NCBI GenBank assembly: GCA_040437565.1
Contig: JBDOQK010000049.1
Span: forward strand, 62,001 to 126,000
Direction of reading: 5' to 3'
Source of the DNA: Albugo candida
Lineage: Eukaryota
Length of the DNA: 64,000 nt
In this document: positions 12,283 to 24,654 of the stretch, in pieces
Numbering within the stretch: the stretch's first letter is position 1
Layout of the letters: each line of letters starts with the position of its first letter
Notes under the pieces: generated by a model
What the model was told of the DNA's origin: nothing
Seen by the model: only the letters and a program-made list of their open reading frames with translations
Databases searched by the model: none
Program-made: the position numbers and the translations under genes

Positions 12283-13463
12283 ATGATTGGATCAGATGAC
12301 ACCCAAGTGCGAAATCTGAAAGTAGCATTGGAGGAGACATTCCCTCCCGTAAAGCTATCCTTTGCGTATGGATCCGCCGTTTTCCAACAGCATACGTCAA
12401 ATTCGAGCGGTGCAATTATGGATTTTATATTTGCAGTCGACGATCCCATCAAATGGCATGAGGAGAACCTGACACGAAATCGAGCTCACTATTCATTTTT
12501 CAAGTATTTTGGTGCTGAGGCAATCGTAAATTTACAAGTAAGAGTATGAGGAATTCCACGACAAATATTACAACTCGATACTTTGCTCGTGGAAACGTAG
12601 CACAACTACGGTGCTAAAGTGTATTACAACACATTGGTTTGTGTATTATGATCGCTAGTGGCCTCACCTCATTCACAGTGCGTGGCGTAGGTCGACTTGA
12701 AGGTCCGAGCTGGAAACAGAGTTATGAAGTACGGTGTCATCAGTTGTGACGATTTGTGCGATGATCTTCGAAATTGGACCTGTCTCTACCTGAGCGGCCG
12801 TCTACACAAACCAGTGAGGATACTCCATAACAATGACGAGCAAATTGTTGTTGCAAGCCGCCAAAACTTGTCGCATGCTGTGCATTACGCGCTGCTCAAT
12901 CTACCCGAGAAATTCACCCGAGAAGAATTATTTGAGGTGCACTTGTGATTTAATATTTGCTGTGAAGGTCTGAGGCTTTTCTATTGTATAGAAAATCGCA
13001 AGTATATCGTATGCTGGCGACTTTCGAATGACATTTGGGGAAAATCCCAAAAAGGTTCGCAATATTGTGGCTGGCAATTTTCAGGCTTTCTGTAGGCTGT
13101 ATGAGAACACAATTCAGGTGAGTCATATTGCGTAGGAGGAAAATGTCCATGCCTCACGCTTTTGCTGCGTAGCGGTGCAATTTCATGAAAAGCTCCATGC
13201 ACGATCCAGCGGTCTTTGTAGCTGCCACTGGAGATAGCTCGCGACTAGAACTGATTCGTAGGATGCCATCCAACGTTAGAGAGAAGCTTGCACGCTACTC
13301 GAATGGTTCTGATCAAGAGTGCTTACGAAAAGTAGTTCGAGATGTTGTGCGTCGAACGAGTCGATCACAGAGCATCAAAGGCATTTTCACTGCAGGTGGA
13401 ATCAAATCAGTGCAATATGTACTCCAAAAGATCAATCGAGCGTACTTTAGCCGGTCAGGATGA
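12283..13463 (+). CDS. TAM41: Mitochondrial phosphatidate cytidylyltransferase (Tam41/Mmp37), multi-exon
   Basis: FAYGSAVFQQ, MDFIFAVDDP..WH..NL, YGAKVYYNT, KYGVIS, WTCLYLSGRLHKPV, SYAGDFRM.FGENPKKV.NIV and QSIKGIFTAG. Confidence 0.9.
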
Positions 13464-14132
13464 ATGACTGCATCGCCAATTTCGGCCTTGGACGGAAATC
13501 CACAATTCGTTGGTTTTGTTACATTCACACGGCCACTGACTTGGTGACGACCCGTAGATGATGACGTTCTGTCAGGTCCTCGCGATTTGATACGACGTTG
13601 AAGCCACAAGAATGTTTATACAAGTCACACTATTCTCAGCTTCATAACTCGTTGTGCTTTGCGCGAAGACAGTAAAGCGATCAAAAGACTTGCATCATGG
13701 CGAGATAGCAGAGGTTAGAGCGATAAACATGCGAATTGATTGACGTCTGGATGCATTGCGGTAGCAGGCAACCGGAAGCTATTGAGCAAAGCCTGCGGGT
13801 ATGTAGGCTGCCTTCCTCAACGCTGCAAGTGTGTGAACATGCTAACTACCTTACTGGACGAAGCGTTGGCACGATTGGAAAGACATTCAAAATGAACTGA
13901 AGAGACGTGTGGGATGACCGCTCAGGAGTCTTCCACAACCATAGCGCCAGGGTTTTGTTTCCAGCAAGACTTTTCTATATAGGTCGACTGAGAAGGTAGC
14001 AGCAGAGACAGCTGTCTTCTTTAAGGTGCCATGAGCATCTGACTCGTCCAGTTTGGATAACAGGAACGTGTGTGGGGTCACACTTGAATGATGAGAAGAG
14101 ATCGAATGCGTGCACTTGGATTTACCAATTGA

Positions 14133-14900
14133 CTACTTTACAACGTCTACAGATTTCGAGCATTCGAATTTGCCAGCAGCGCCTAACGTTCGATTTTGCT
14201 CACTGTCATCATCGGCCGTGTCTTTGTGCTTATGGACAGCTGATAGCAAAGGAACACTTTTAGTCGTATTCTCGCCATCCGTCCCGCCATTTGCAGATCG
14301 TAAAAATCGCTTTGGAGACTTTACTTCACCGTCTTTCATGGTGCCAAATGAAGTACCTTCCTGTCTCAAGTCAATCGACTCTGATTTATCGGATAGTGTA
14401 GATTTTTTCTTGTGCAGTGAAGATTCCTGTTTGCCTTCATTGACACCTCCCGACTGTGTCGATATGTAATCTTCCGGATCATCATAACCTTCATGCATTT
14501 CCTCCGTAATTGTACCGAGTCGTTTGGCTTTCTCAGCTTTTTCTTTCAAACATTTAGCGAGTCTTTTAATCAGAATTTTTTTCTTCTTCAATGCTTCAAG
14601 CTGTTCTTTCCTCTCGGATTCAGCGACTCGCTCCTCCTTCAATGCTTTAAGCTCTTCTTTCCTCTCGGGATCAGCGATTAGCGCCTTCATTCTCATCTTT
14701 AATTTTTTCAGACTTTCACGATACCGTGGCGGAATCTCGAGGCTGGATGACTGGGAAGACTCGCCATCATCCACTAAATCACGCGTATCGTGCGCAACGA
14801 TTTGGTTTGGCGTCCCCCGTTGGACCTTGAAAGTTGTGAGTGTCAAAACTAATAGAATTATGTGCTTGTTTGACACAGCCTTCTTCATTGGAACTAGCAT
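14133..14900 (-). CDS. Secreted family paralogue P1 (255 aa), candidate effector
   Basis: Signal-peptide-like MKKAVSNKHIILLVLTLTTF and shared TPxQ..HDTR block; charged coiled-coil-like region; LGTITE motif; YISTQSG block; intronless. Confidence 0.8.
   Translation of the reverse strand: MLVPMKKAVSNKHIILLVLTLTTFKVQRGTPNQIVAHDTRDLVDDGESSQSSSLEIPPRYRESLKKLKMRMKALIADPERKEELKALKEERVAESERKEQLEALKKKKILIKRLAKCLKEKAEKAKRLGTITEEMHEGYDDPEDYISTQSGGVNEGKQESSLHKKKSTLSDKSESIDLRQEGTSFGTMKDGEVKSPKRFLRSANGGTDGENTTKSVPLLSAVHKHKDTADDDSEQNRTLGAAGKFECSKSVDVVK
14575..14677 (-). repeat. 51-nt (17-aa) intragenic tandem duplication in P1
   Basis: ADPERKEELKALKEERV / AESERKEQLEALKKKKI; DNA units offset by 51 nt. Confidence 0.8.
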
Positions 14901-14920
14901 TGTTGTGAGATCTTTAGCTC

Positions 14921-14934
14921 TAATTGTATAATGG
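14921..14934 (-). promoter_or_regulatory. Oomycete INR/FPR-like core promoter element of P1 (conserved before P1-P5)
   Basis: Minus strand CCATTATACAATT lies about 20-35 nt before the ATG. The same YCATTATACA core precedes P2, P3, P4 and P5, and GCTCATT precedes P6. It resembles the oomycete initiator consensus (CATTYYNCAWTT-like). Confidence 0.55.
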
Positions 14935-16599
14935 AAGCATGGGAAAATCTAGTACGGGTTTGGCACGTTGGATCAGCAACCCCCATAGTGGGACAAGAAT
15001 GATACCTGTAAACAATGCGCTTGGGTTGCACATCTTTCGAATGTGTACGGCTAGTCTCATGTCTTTATCGTATTCAATAAATGGATCTTATCAGCACGTA
15101 AGTAGATAGAGTGGTACTTTGATGCAGCGACAGACCCTATTTACAGCATACGGAGCAGCACGTGCCGACAATTTTCAATGATTACGCATATCACTCGGAG
15201 CATTAATTGATATTCATAATAATGACGTCATAAAAAGTATCGAGTATAAATGTGCAGATGCCACGTTATAAGTGCAGCTGCGAGTTAAAGCAGCTGATCC
15301 GACGAAATAGTAGCGATGACGTGGGTACATATTGTGGTGAGATAAACGGAGCATCATATCGGACACCAGCGGTACCATCTGAATATGTTGTTAGAAATTG
15401 ATTGCGATCTGAGTTATCAATGTGAGCTTTGTGTCAGGAAATCGCAATAGCTACAAAGTGTCCGATTGCATCAAATTAGGAGATAACTAATTGAATACAA
15501 TTAATGCTATACTCTACACACATTCAACTCGTCCTACTCGAACGGATGGGGTGAAGACTAATAAACGAAGATGCATCGATGCGATGCTCTGGTGGTTTAC
15601 ACATTGATCTTCCGTGAGCCTTTGATGATGCAATAGATGTTATGTAAGCTGTATGATCCATTCTGGAATCAGATGAGCATGTCGTTCCGAATGGGCTTAG
15701 CGAATTTAATGTTCCTGAAAGCGGGAGAGCCGGCAAAAATCACGCCTCTCTCATCGATATATTTACATGATTGCTCATCGTGATCATGCCTCGGGTGATG
15801 AATTTGCGATTGTAATGGGACGAACATGTTCAAATGCTCGATATCCAAGATGAGACGACACGATAGAAAAGGAACTTTCAATGGATCGAGAGACCTCGCG
15901 ATGGCCAAATTAAGTCTAGGGACTATATCTCAACCGAAAGAGCTGACATCATTTATGCTTTATGATTGACGATGACAAAACGATCATCGTTCATAGAATG
16001 CTGGCTCGCAGGAAGATATAATCAATATTTAGCCAGGAAGCACTATGAGACACCAATTGACATTTCCGAATGAAATTTGCTTTCAATTTTACTTATCTTT
16101 GCAAATTCCTGAGTGCAGTAGCACATAGGGCTTTCGAACGCTATTACACATAATCTAATTGTCTCTTTAGACTCATTAGGAGAGTAAAGATGGAAACAAA
16201 TGCTGTATCATACGACGTATGTAAATAAACAAACACTCATGCGTTAGTCAAATAGTTAGGGTATTCACGTATTGTGAATGAAAAACCGTCAACAGAGCTT
16301 CAAGCGGATAATCGCAAGAATGTCGTAATAGAACAGCATTCGACGGTGTAGGGTACGGCAGAAAGATAGGAAGACATTGAGAATGTATGCCCAAAGTATT
16401 ATCACATATTTCAGGCGTCCAATATGGTAACCGTAATGTCATTCTCTACGTGGGATCAGACTCAAAGACGAGAAAGATCGATTAGTATACAATTCAGTCG
16501 AATACGTGTATTATCAGCTTGTAGCCCAGCCAATTCAATCAAGAAGGATGCATTTGAATGCACTTAGCTTTGCTAATCGACTACTCAGCTTTGCAACGT

Positions 16600-17418
16600 C
16601 TACCGGAAACGAGCATTTGAATGTTTCGCCGTAAGCAAATTGATCCCGTCACGATGCTTCATTCCAAGAGACTTGGTGAGTCGCGATCCTGGTAGTATGT
16701 CTTCATATCGACCACTTTTCGATCTGGCAAGTTTCGGTTGATTTTGCTCACTTTCATTGTTGACCGTGTCTTTGTGCTTTCGGACAGATGATAGTGAAGA
16801 TGAAGTTTCCGTCATATCTTCATCGTCCGTCTCACCATAAAAAGATTGCGATTTTCGTTTCGGAGACTCCATTTCCTCATCTTCTCCGACGGACAACCCA
16901 TCAAACGAAGGATAGTTTTGTCTCAAGTTTACGGACTCAGCTTTCAAAGAGCTGCTTGGAGATTTCATTGAACCGGAAGGTGAGAGTGTTTTTTTGTCTG
17001 GTGAATATCCTTCAGTACCTCCATTATAAATTCCTGACCGTGTCGACGTATTATCGCTCGTATCCTCACCGCTATTCTCATGAATTGTATCCAAACGGCC
17101 GTAATCAATAGATTCGTCACTTCCAGCAAGTTCCCTCACTGCCATAGGCTCACTGTGAGCCTCCTTGTCAGCCTCATTGTTAATCTCTTTTTCCTTCAGT
17201 TTATCACCGATGTTTTTGCTTGATTTGCTGGGATGAGATGAACCCCGAACGCTCTTCAAGCTCAGCGACTCTAAGGGTGGAGCTCTACCCATTGAAGTAC
17301 GCACATCGTGTGCAGCGGCCTGAGTTGGCGTCACCCATTGGGAGCTGAAGCTCGTGAGTGTCAAAAGCAATATTAGTATATGTTTGTCTGCCACAGCCTT
17401 CTTCATTAGGACCAACAT
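16600..17418 (-). CDS. Secreted family paralogue P2 (272 aa), candidate effector
   Basis: MLVLMKKAVADKHILILLLTLTSFSSQWVTPTQAAAHDVR; LDTIHE motif; STRSG block; PKLARSKSGR C-terminal block. Confidence 0.8.
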   Translation of the reverse strand: MLVLMKKAVADKHILILLLTLTSFSSQWVTPTQAAAHDVRTSMGRAPPLESLSLKSVRGSSHPSKSSKNIGDKLKEKEINNEADKEAHSEPMAVRELAGSDESIDYGRLDTIHENSGEDTSDNTSTRSGIYNGGTEGYSPDKKTLSPSGSMKSPSSSLKAESVNLRQNYPSFDGLSVGEDEEMESPKRKSQSFYGETDDEDMTETSSSLSSVRKHKDTVNNESEQNQPKLARSKSGRYEDILPGSRLTKSLGMKHRDGINLLTAKHSNARFR

Positions 17419-20400
17419 CGCTGTGGAATGTTCAGCTCTGAGTGTATAATGAGATCATACAACCTATAACGCAGTTTCGCACTTTTGAAGAACTAGCTTT
17501 CCATAGTGGGAAAAGAAAGGTGATTGGGTTGGATGTGATATCATCGCTTTCCCTGTACACAGTTCGGTCGGGGTGCAGACTCGCGGGTTGAAAACGCCTT
17601 TCCGACGTATTCGAATACGTCTAAGTCAACAGTGTATTCAATCAACTCGCATTTTGTGCCCAGCGAGGAAGGAAAACCTGTGCAAACTACTACTGTTCAT
17701 ATGTCAATTTGACGTTTCTATCAGTGGGAAGGCTTGACAAGTTGCGGTTAAGAAAATAGAATGCGTGTGATTTAGTAGAAGTATGCTGTCACTTTAATGC
17801 AATGACACGCCTTATTCTACAACATACGGAGCATCACGTTCCGACGTTTCTCAATGATTACACATCTCATTATAGCATCAATTAATAATCACAATAGTGA
17901 CGTCATAAACACGTAAACGAGTATGAATATGCATATGTCACGTTACTATACCGAGGAGGACGCTTCGATGTTTATCAATGATTACGCGTTTGTGTCGTAG
18001 CATCATTCAATATTCACAGGTATGACGTCGTAACGACTAAAGGGTAGAATGCACATATATATATCGCATCAATTTATATGACATCAAGTGCAGCTAGGAG
18101 CTAGAGCGTCAGTTGGCAGCTGATCGGGAAGAAATCATTAGTAATGACATGTGTTAATAAGGTGATGAGCCTGTCGCTCGGATCCCTCCGACAACATTCG
18201 AATGTGTCTAAAAAATTGACTGCGATGCGAATCACCAACGTGATCTATGCGTCAGGAAATCGCGAGTGCTAGCTACAAATTGTCCGATTACATAGAAAAG
18301 ATAGGAAGAAGTTTGGTTAATTCATTCAGATTTGATCCCTAGTAATCCTGTACACAATCAGCTCGTCCTACTGGAACGGATGAGACGAACAATAGTAGAC
18401 AAACATGCACTGATACGACCTTTTGTGGTTTAATACATTTATTCTACATGTATCTCTAATAATGCAATATGTACCATGTACGCTGTAACGCGATCCATTC
18501 TGCAATCAAACTAGCATTTCATTTCGATTGGGCTTAGCGCTTTATATGCTTAGATACCTACCGAGTACGGGAAAGAGCACGCATCCATCATTGCTATATA
18601 TATAGCTAATTGCCTATTGAGACGATGCTCGAGCGATGTATCCCATTTCAACTGCATGGAGATGCTATGTGCACGACTGGAGACCTCTCTTCGACCCATT
18701 TAAGTCTGCCACAAACGATTGCCAAGTTTTGAATCCAAGGAGACCCCTTTCGGAACAGAGATAGCTGTCTTCTTCCAAGTGTCATGGTTGATGATGACAG
18801 CGGAACCTATTCATGTTAGGCTGGATGAAGACAATAAAAATCAAGACTTGAACCAGAGAGCACTGTGTGTGCCACGTAAGCATTTTTGAATGAAGAATGA
18901 TCGCCTTTTTATGTATCTTTGCAACTTTTTGACTGTGTTAGCGCAATTGGCTTACAAACACTGTTGCGCATGGTTCAAATGTCTCTATCAATGCAGTCGG
19001 AAATCATGAGAATGCTATATCATATGACCTTTCCGAACGAACGAATTTTGCGCGCTGGTCGAATGGATCCTGTCAAAAATTGTCATGAAAAGTGTGTCTG
19101 CGTATTGTGCGTCAAAACGGCCCATCGCAGAGCTTTTTATGGATATTCGCGTGCATTTTGTACGTGGAAGCGCTCGATACTTTGGGATACGTCATGAAGT
19201 AGAAGGCATTCAAATTGTATGCTCAAAGTATTAGCAACGATCGACGATTCCACACTTGAATATTCACGGGATTGGGTGTCAAACAAATATATTATTAGCT
19301 CATAGCGTAGTCGAAATANNNNNNNNNNNNNNNNNNNNNNNNNNNNNNNNNNNNNNNNNNNNNNNNNNNNNNNNNNNNNNNNNNNNNNNNNNNNNNNNNN
19401 NNNNNNNNNNNNNNNNNNGCAGTCAGGCCCTATTCCACAGCATACGGAGCAGCAAGTTCCAATGTTTGTCAATGATTAAACATTCCGTTCGGAGCATCAA
19501 TTGATAATCACAATAATGACGTCATAAAGACGTAAACGAGTACGAACATGCAGATGCCACATTACTATACCGAGCAGGACGCTGCCATGTTTATCAATGA
19601 TTACACGTTTGATTCGTAGCATCATTCGTAATTCACAAATATGACGTCGTAACGAGTGGAATGTACAGATGCCACGTCACTTTGTATAATATCAAGTGCA
19701 GCTACGAGCCAGCGGGCCAGTCGGCAGCTGATCTGAAATTAATCATCAGTGATGACATGGATAGAATATGTGAAGGAGATTAAGTGAGCATCATATCGGA
19801 ACCCCCGGCAAATATCTGACTATAGTGAAAAGAATTGACTGCGATATTAACGTGAGCTTTGGATGAGGAATTCGGTAGTGCTTCCGAGCGTCCAGTTATA
19901 TAAATAAGTAGGAAGATATTGAATTCATTGACTTTTATTTTACATTGGATTCGTACTCGTTTATTTACACATATTCAGCTCGGTGTACTGGAACATATGA
20001 GATATTGAATAATATACAATCGTGTATTGATACGATACTCTGGTAGTTCAATGCATTACTCTTCGTCCAGCCACAGTTACTGAGAGCAAACTATCGCTTT
20101 TATAAATAATTTGACCTGCATCAATAACGTGTCATGTAAGCTATAGAGCGGTCCATTCTGCAATCAGATGAGCAATTTTCTAGTAACTGATCTTCTCTCT
20201 TTAATGCTCCGAAGTAGCTTTGCACTATCGCATGCACTACATAATCTATATAGTAGTCTCAGACCTCGAGTATTGATGAGCATGAGAGAAGACTCATGTT
20301 CGGTGATGGTATACGTGATATAGCCGTATTGGTGTCACCCTTGATACTAAATGTTAACGTACGCGGCCCCGGTGCCACACTTCAACCGTGGCTGCTTTAA

Positions 20401-21967
20401 TTATCATTGCATTCTCTTCTTGGACCATCCCCTCTTCTTACTTGACTCTGTGCTGACTTGACCGTACAGGTGTGAGAAGAAACGAGCATCATGCGTAGCA
20501 CCGAGTACAAGTATACAACGGGGCATTTTGATGTTTTGTAAGTCCCTATTCCAACCATACGGAGCAGCACGTGGCGATGTATACGCATTTCATTCGGAGT
20601 TTAAAGTAGTATGCTCAATGATGACGTCATAAAGAAGTATCGATTATAAATGTGAAGATGCCACGTCATAAAAGCGGCTGCGAGTTAGAGAGACGGTTGG
20701 CAGCTGATCCGAAGAAATATTAGCGATGACGTGGGTACATATTGTGGTGAGATAAACCGAGCATCATATCGGATACCAGCGGTAACTATCTGAATATGTT
20801 GTAGAAAAGTGTGTGCGATATGAGTCATCCACGCGGGCTTTGCGTTAGGAAATCGCAAGAGCTACAAAGTGTCCGATTGCATAAACTGAGAAGAAGAAGT
20901 ATCACTAGTTGATCCAACTTATTCTACACACATTTAGTCCTATTGGAATGAACATTAATGAACAGACATGCATCGATGCGATGCTCTGGTGGTTTACTCA
21001 TTGATCTTACGTTAATCTCTGATTGTGCAATAAATGTGATGTAAGCTATATGATCCATTATGCAGTCAAATGAGCATTTCGTTCTAGTATCATATGATGA
21101 GAGGTGCCTAGGAACTCAACGTATATGGACGTTTTAACAATCAGCCCAGAATCCAAATACTCTATTTTGCTTTAAAGTGGCTTAGTGATTCAAAGGCTTT
21201 ATACCGACGGAGAATGGGAACAACCACGCCTCCGTCATCGCTATATTTAGTTGATCGTTCCTCGTGATGATGCTCGAGTGATGAATCTGCGATTGCTATG
21301 GCATGAACATTCCGAAATGCCCGATATAGAGGAAGAGATGATCGAGAGAGCTCGCGGATGCCTTATCGTCTGCCACAATCAATTGCCAAGTCTGAATGTT
21401 AAAGGGACTCTATTTCAACCGACAGATCTGTCTCCAATTATTCTTCATGATTGAAGATACCAAGACGTTTATTGTTCTTGAACGCTGGTTAGCAGGAAGA
21501 TATAATTGATATAATAATCGCGAAGCTCTGTGATATATGAAGTGGCATTTGAAATGAAATTTGCTTGCCCTTTTATCTATCTTTGCAAATTTCTCAATGC
21601 AGTAGCACAATTGGCTATCGAACGCTATTACACATAATCTGATTGTCTCTATAGACTCATAGGGAGAGTAAAGTTGACGCGGTTATTCGCGAGAATCTCG
21701 TATTTGAAAATCACTAGACGCTCTAGGACACGTCAGCAAATAGTAGGACATTAAAAGTGTGTGCTCAAAGTGTTATCACATATTTCAGTCGTCCAGTATG
21801 GTAACAGTAATGCCATATCCTACGTGGACTAGGCTCAAAAGACGAGACAGATGGATTGGAATACATCTAAAAATACCTGCGGATTCGCAGGATTATTTAG
21901 CTTATAACCCGAACAACCCATTTGAGAATAAAGGATGCATTTGCACGCACTTGGATCTATCAATCGA

Positions 21968-22693
21968 CTACTCAGCTTTGCAACCTCTACAGGAAACAAG
22001 CATTTGAATTTTTGGCATACGCAATTTAGCCCACTTTGGGTACTTTAGTCCAAACGCCTTGGTGAGTCGCGGTTTCGATAGGTCTTCATGTCGACCACCT
22101 TTCGATCTGGTACGTTTCGGTTGAATTTGGTCAATTTCATTGGCCATGTCGTTGTGCTTTTGGACAGCTGATAGTGGAGATGGAGTTTCTGTGGTATCCA
22201 CACCATCCGTCTCACCATTTGAAGATAGTGATGAAGACTCCATTTCCCCATCTTTTTCGTCGTACGGAGCATAGTTATGTCGCAAGGTTGGAGATTCCAG
22301 TGAATCGAATGATGGGAGTGTTTCGTCGTCCAGTGAAGATTTCTGTTTAACTCCATTTACAAACCCTGACCGTGTTGACATATAATCGCGACCGCGCTTA
22401 TAGTCATCGCCTTCCTCACATATACTAGGCAATATAGCTATTTCTTCAACTTTTGGTCTATCGTTTTGCTTTACTTTCGTGAATATATTCTTCAATTTAC
22501 CGAAAGGAAGATATTTTTTCCAAAAGTTCTTGTAGCTGGATGACTTGAAGGACCTATCACCAGTGCCTGGATCACGGGTATCGTCTCCAGCGACTTGAAT
22601 TGGCGTCCCCCATTGGGAGCAGAAGCTCGTGAGTGTCAAAAGCAATATGAATTTACATTTGTTCGAGACAGCCTTCTTCATTAGGACCAACAT
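21968..22693 (-). CDS. Secreted family paralogue P3 (241 aa), candidate effector
   Basis: MLVLMKKAVSNKCKFILLLTLTSFCSQWGTPIQVAGDDTR; LPSICE motif; YMSTRSG; PKRTRSKGGRHED. Confidence 0.8.
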   Translation of the reverse strand: MLVLMKKAVSNKCKFILLLTLTSFCSQWGTPIQVAGDDTRDPGTGDRSFKSSSYKNFWKKYLPFGKLKNIFTKVKQNDRPKVEEIAILPSICEEGDDYKRGRDYMSTRSGFVNGVKQKSSLDDETLPSFDSLESPTLRHNYAPYDEKDGEMESSSLSSNGETDGVDTTETPSPLSAVQKHNDMANEIDQIQPKRTRSKGGRHEDLSKPRLTKAFGLKYPKWAKLRMPKIQMLVSCRGCKAE

Positions 22694-24654
22694 TGTTGTG
22701 GAGTGTTCAGCTCTGATTGTATAATGGGACCATGCTGTAAGCTATATCGCAGTTTGGCACGTTCGAGAAACTAGCTTCCCGTAGTGGGACATGATAGGTG
22801 ATTCGGCCGGATGTGGTATCGGCTCTTTCCCCGGTACACAGTTCGGTAGATTTGCGAATTTGCGGGCAAAAACACGCCTTTCCGACGTGTACGAGTACTT
22901 TGAAGTCTAAAGCGTATTCATTCAACTCGCATTTTGTGCGCCCGGGGAAGGAAAGTCTTTGCAAACTTCCATTGTATATGTTAGTGTGCCACATCTATCA
23001 GTCGTAATGACTGGACTTGTTGAGGTTAAGAAAATAGCACGAATTTAGTTCACGTAGACAGAGTGGCACGCTCAATGCAGTGACAGGCCCTATTCCACAA
23101 CATATGAAGCAGCACGTTCCGAAGTTCTCCAATGATTACACATTTCATTCGGAGCATTGATTGAGATGCACAATAATGACGCCATAGACACCTAAACCAG
23201 TATGAATGTGCAGATGCCACATTACTTTGCTGAGCAGCATGCTTCAATGTCTATCAATGATTACACCTTCGAATCGTAGCATCATTCATTTTTCACAGAT
23301 ATGACGTCATGACGACTGAAGCGAAGAAAACATATGCAGATATCACGTCACTTTATATATTATCAAGTGCAGCCACGAGCCAGAGAGCCAGTTGGCAGCT
23401 GATCCGTAAGAAATTAGCAGTAAGGACATGTGTATATTAGGTGATGAGATAAACTGAGCCTGTCGCTCGGAACCCACCGACAACTTTCGAATTCATCAAC
23501 GTAATCTTTGCGTGAGGAAATCACTAGCGCTCCAAATGACTGCTTAAGAAAGATATGAAAAAGTTCGGTTAGCTCATTTACATTTGATTCCCACTAATCC
23601 TATACACATTCAGCTCGTCCTACTGAAGAAATGAGATTTGAAATATTAGACATACATGCATTGATAAGATACTCTGGTAGTTGATACATCACTTCCTACC
23701 TTTGATAATAATATGTGTCATGTAAGCTATAACGCGATCCATTCTGCCATCAGTTGAGCAGTTCATTCCGATTGAGCATACGCCTAGAAACCTACCGAGC
23801 ACGGAAACGACCACGCCTCCCTTCTCGCTATATATAGTTAATTGGTTATTGCGATGATGCTCAAGCGGTGTATCCCAGTTTAAGTGCACGGAGAAGCTAA
23901 GTACCCGATAATAAAGAAAAAGTGGCACGATAGAAAAAACTTTTCAAAACTGACTGGAGACCTATGGTTGACCCATCCTCGTCTGCAAGTGACGATTGCC
24001 AAGTTTTGATTCTATGGAGACCCCTTTTCGAATAGAGATAGCTGTCTTCTTTCAAATCAAGTGTCATGGTTTATAATGACAGCGTATTCTGTTCATGATA
24101 CGCTGGGCAAAAGACAGGACAAATGAAGAATGCAACCAGAGAGCTCTGCATGTGCCACATTACCATTTTTGGATGTAGAATGATTGTATTTTTATGTATC
24201 TTTGTAATTCTTTGACTACATTAGCGTAATTAGCTTTTGAACACTGTTGCACATGCTCCAATTTCTCTGTCAGTGCAGTCGGAAATTATGAGAATGCTAT
24301 ATCATATGACGTTTTACACACGAGCGAACATCTTGTGCGGTAGTCGAATGGATCCGGTCAAAATGGTCATGAAAAGCGTTTTCAATTATTATGCGTCGAA
24401 AAAGCCCATCGCGGACCTTCAAGCGGATATTCGCGAGCATTTTGAATTGGAATTCGAAAAGCACTCTACACTTTCGGATACGTCAAGTCGTACAAGGCAT
24501 TCAAATTGTGTGCTCAGTGTAGTAGCAACGTACTTGATTATACACTTGAATATTCACGAAATTGAGTGTCGAATAAATGTATTATCAGCTCACAGTGCAG
24601 TCGACCTACATGAAAGTCGGTCTAAAGCTACATATGAGTGCACTTGTCCAGAAC

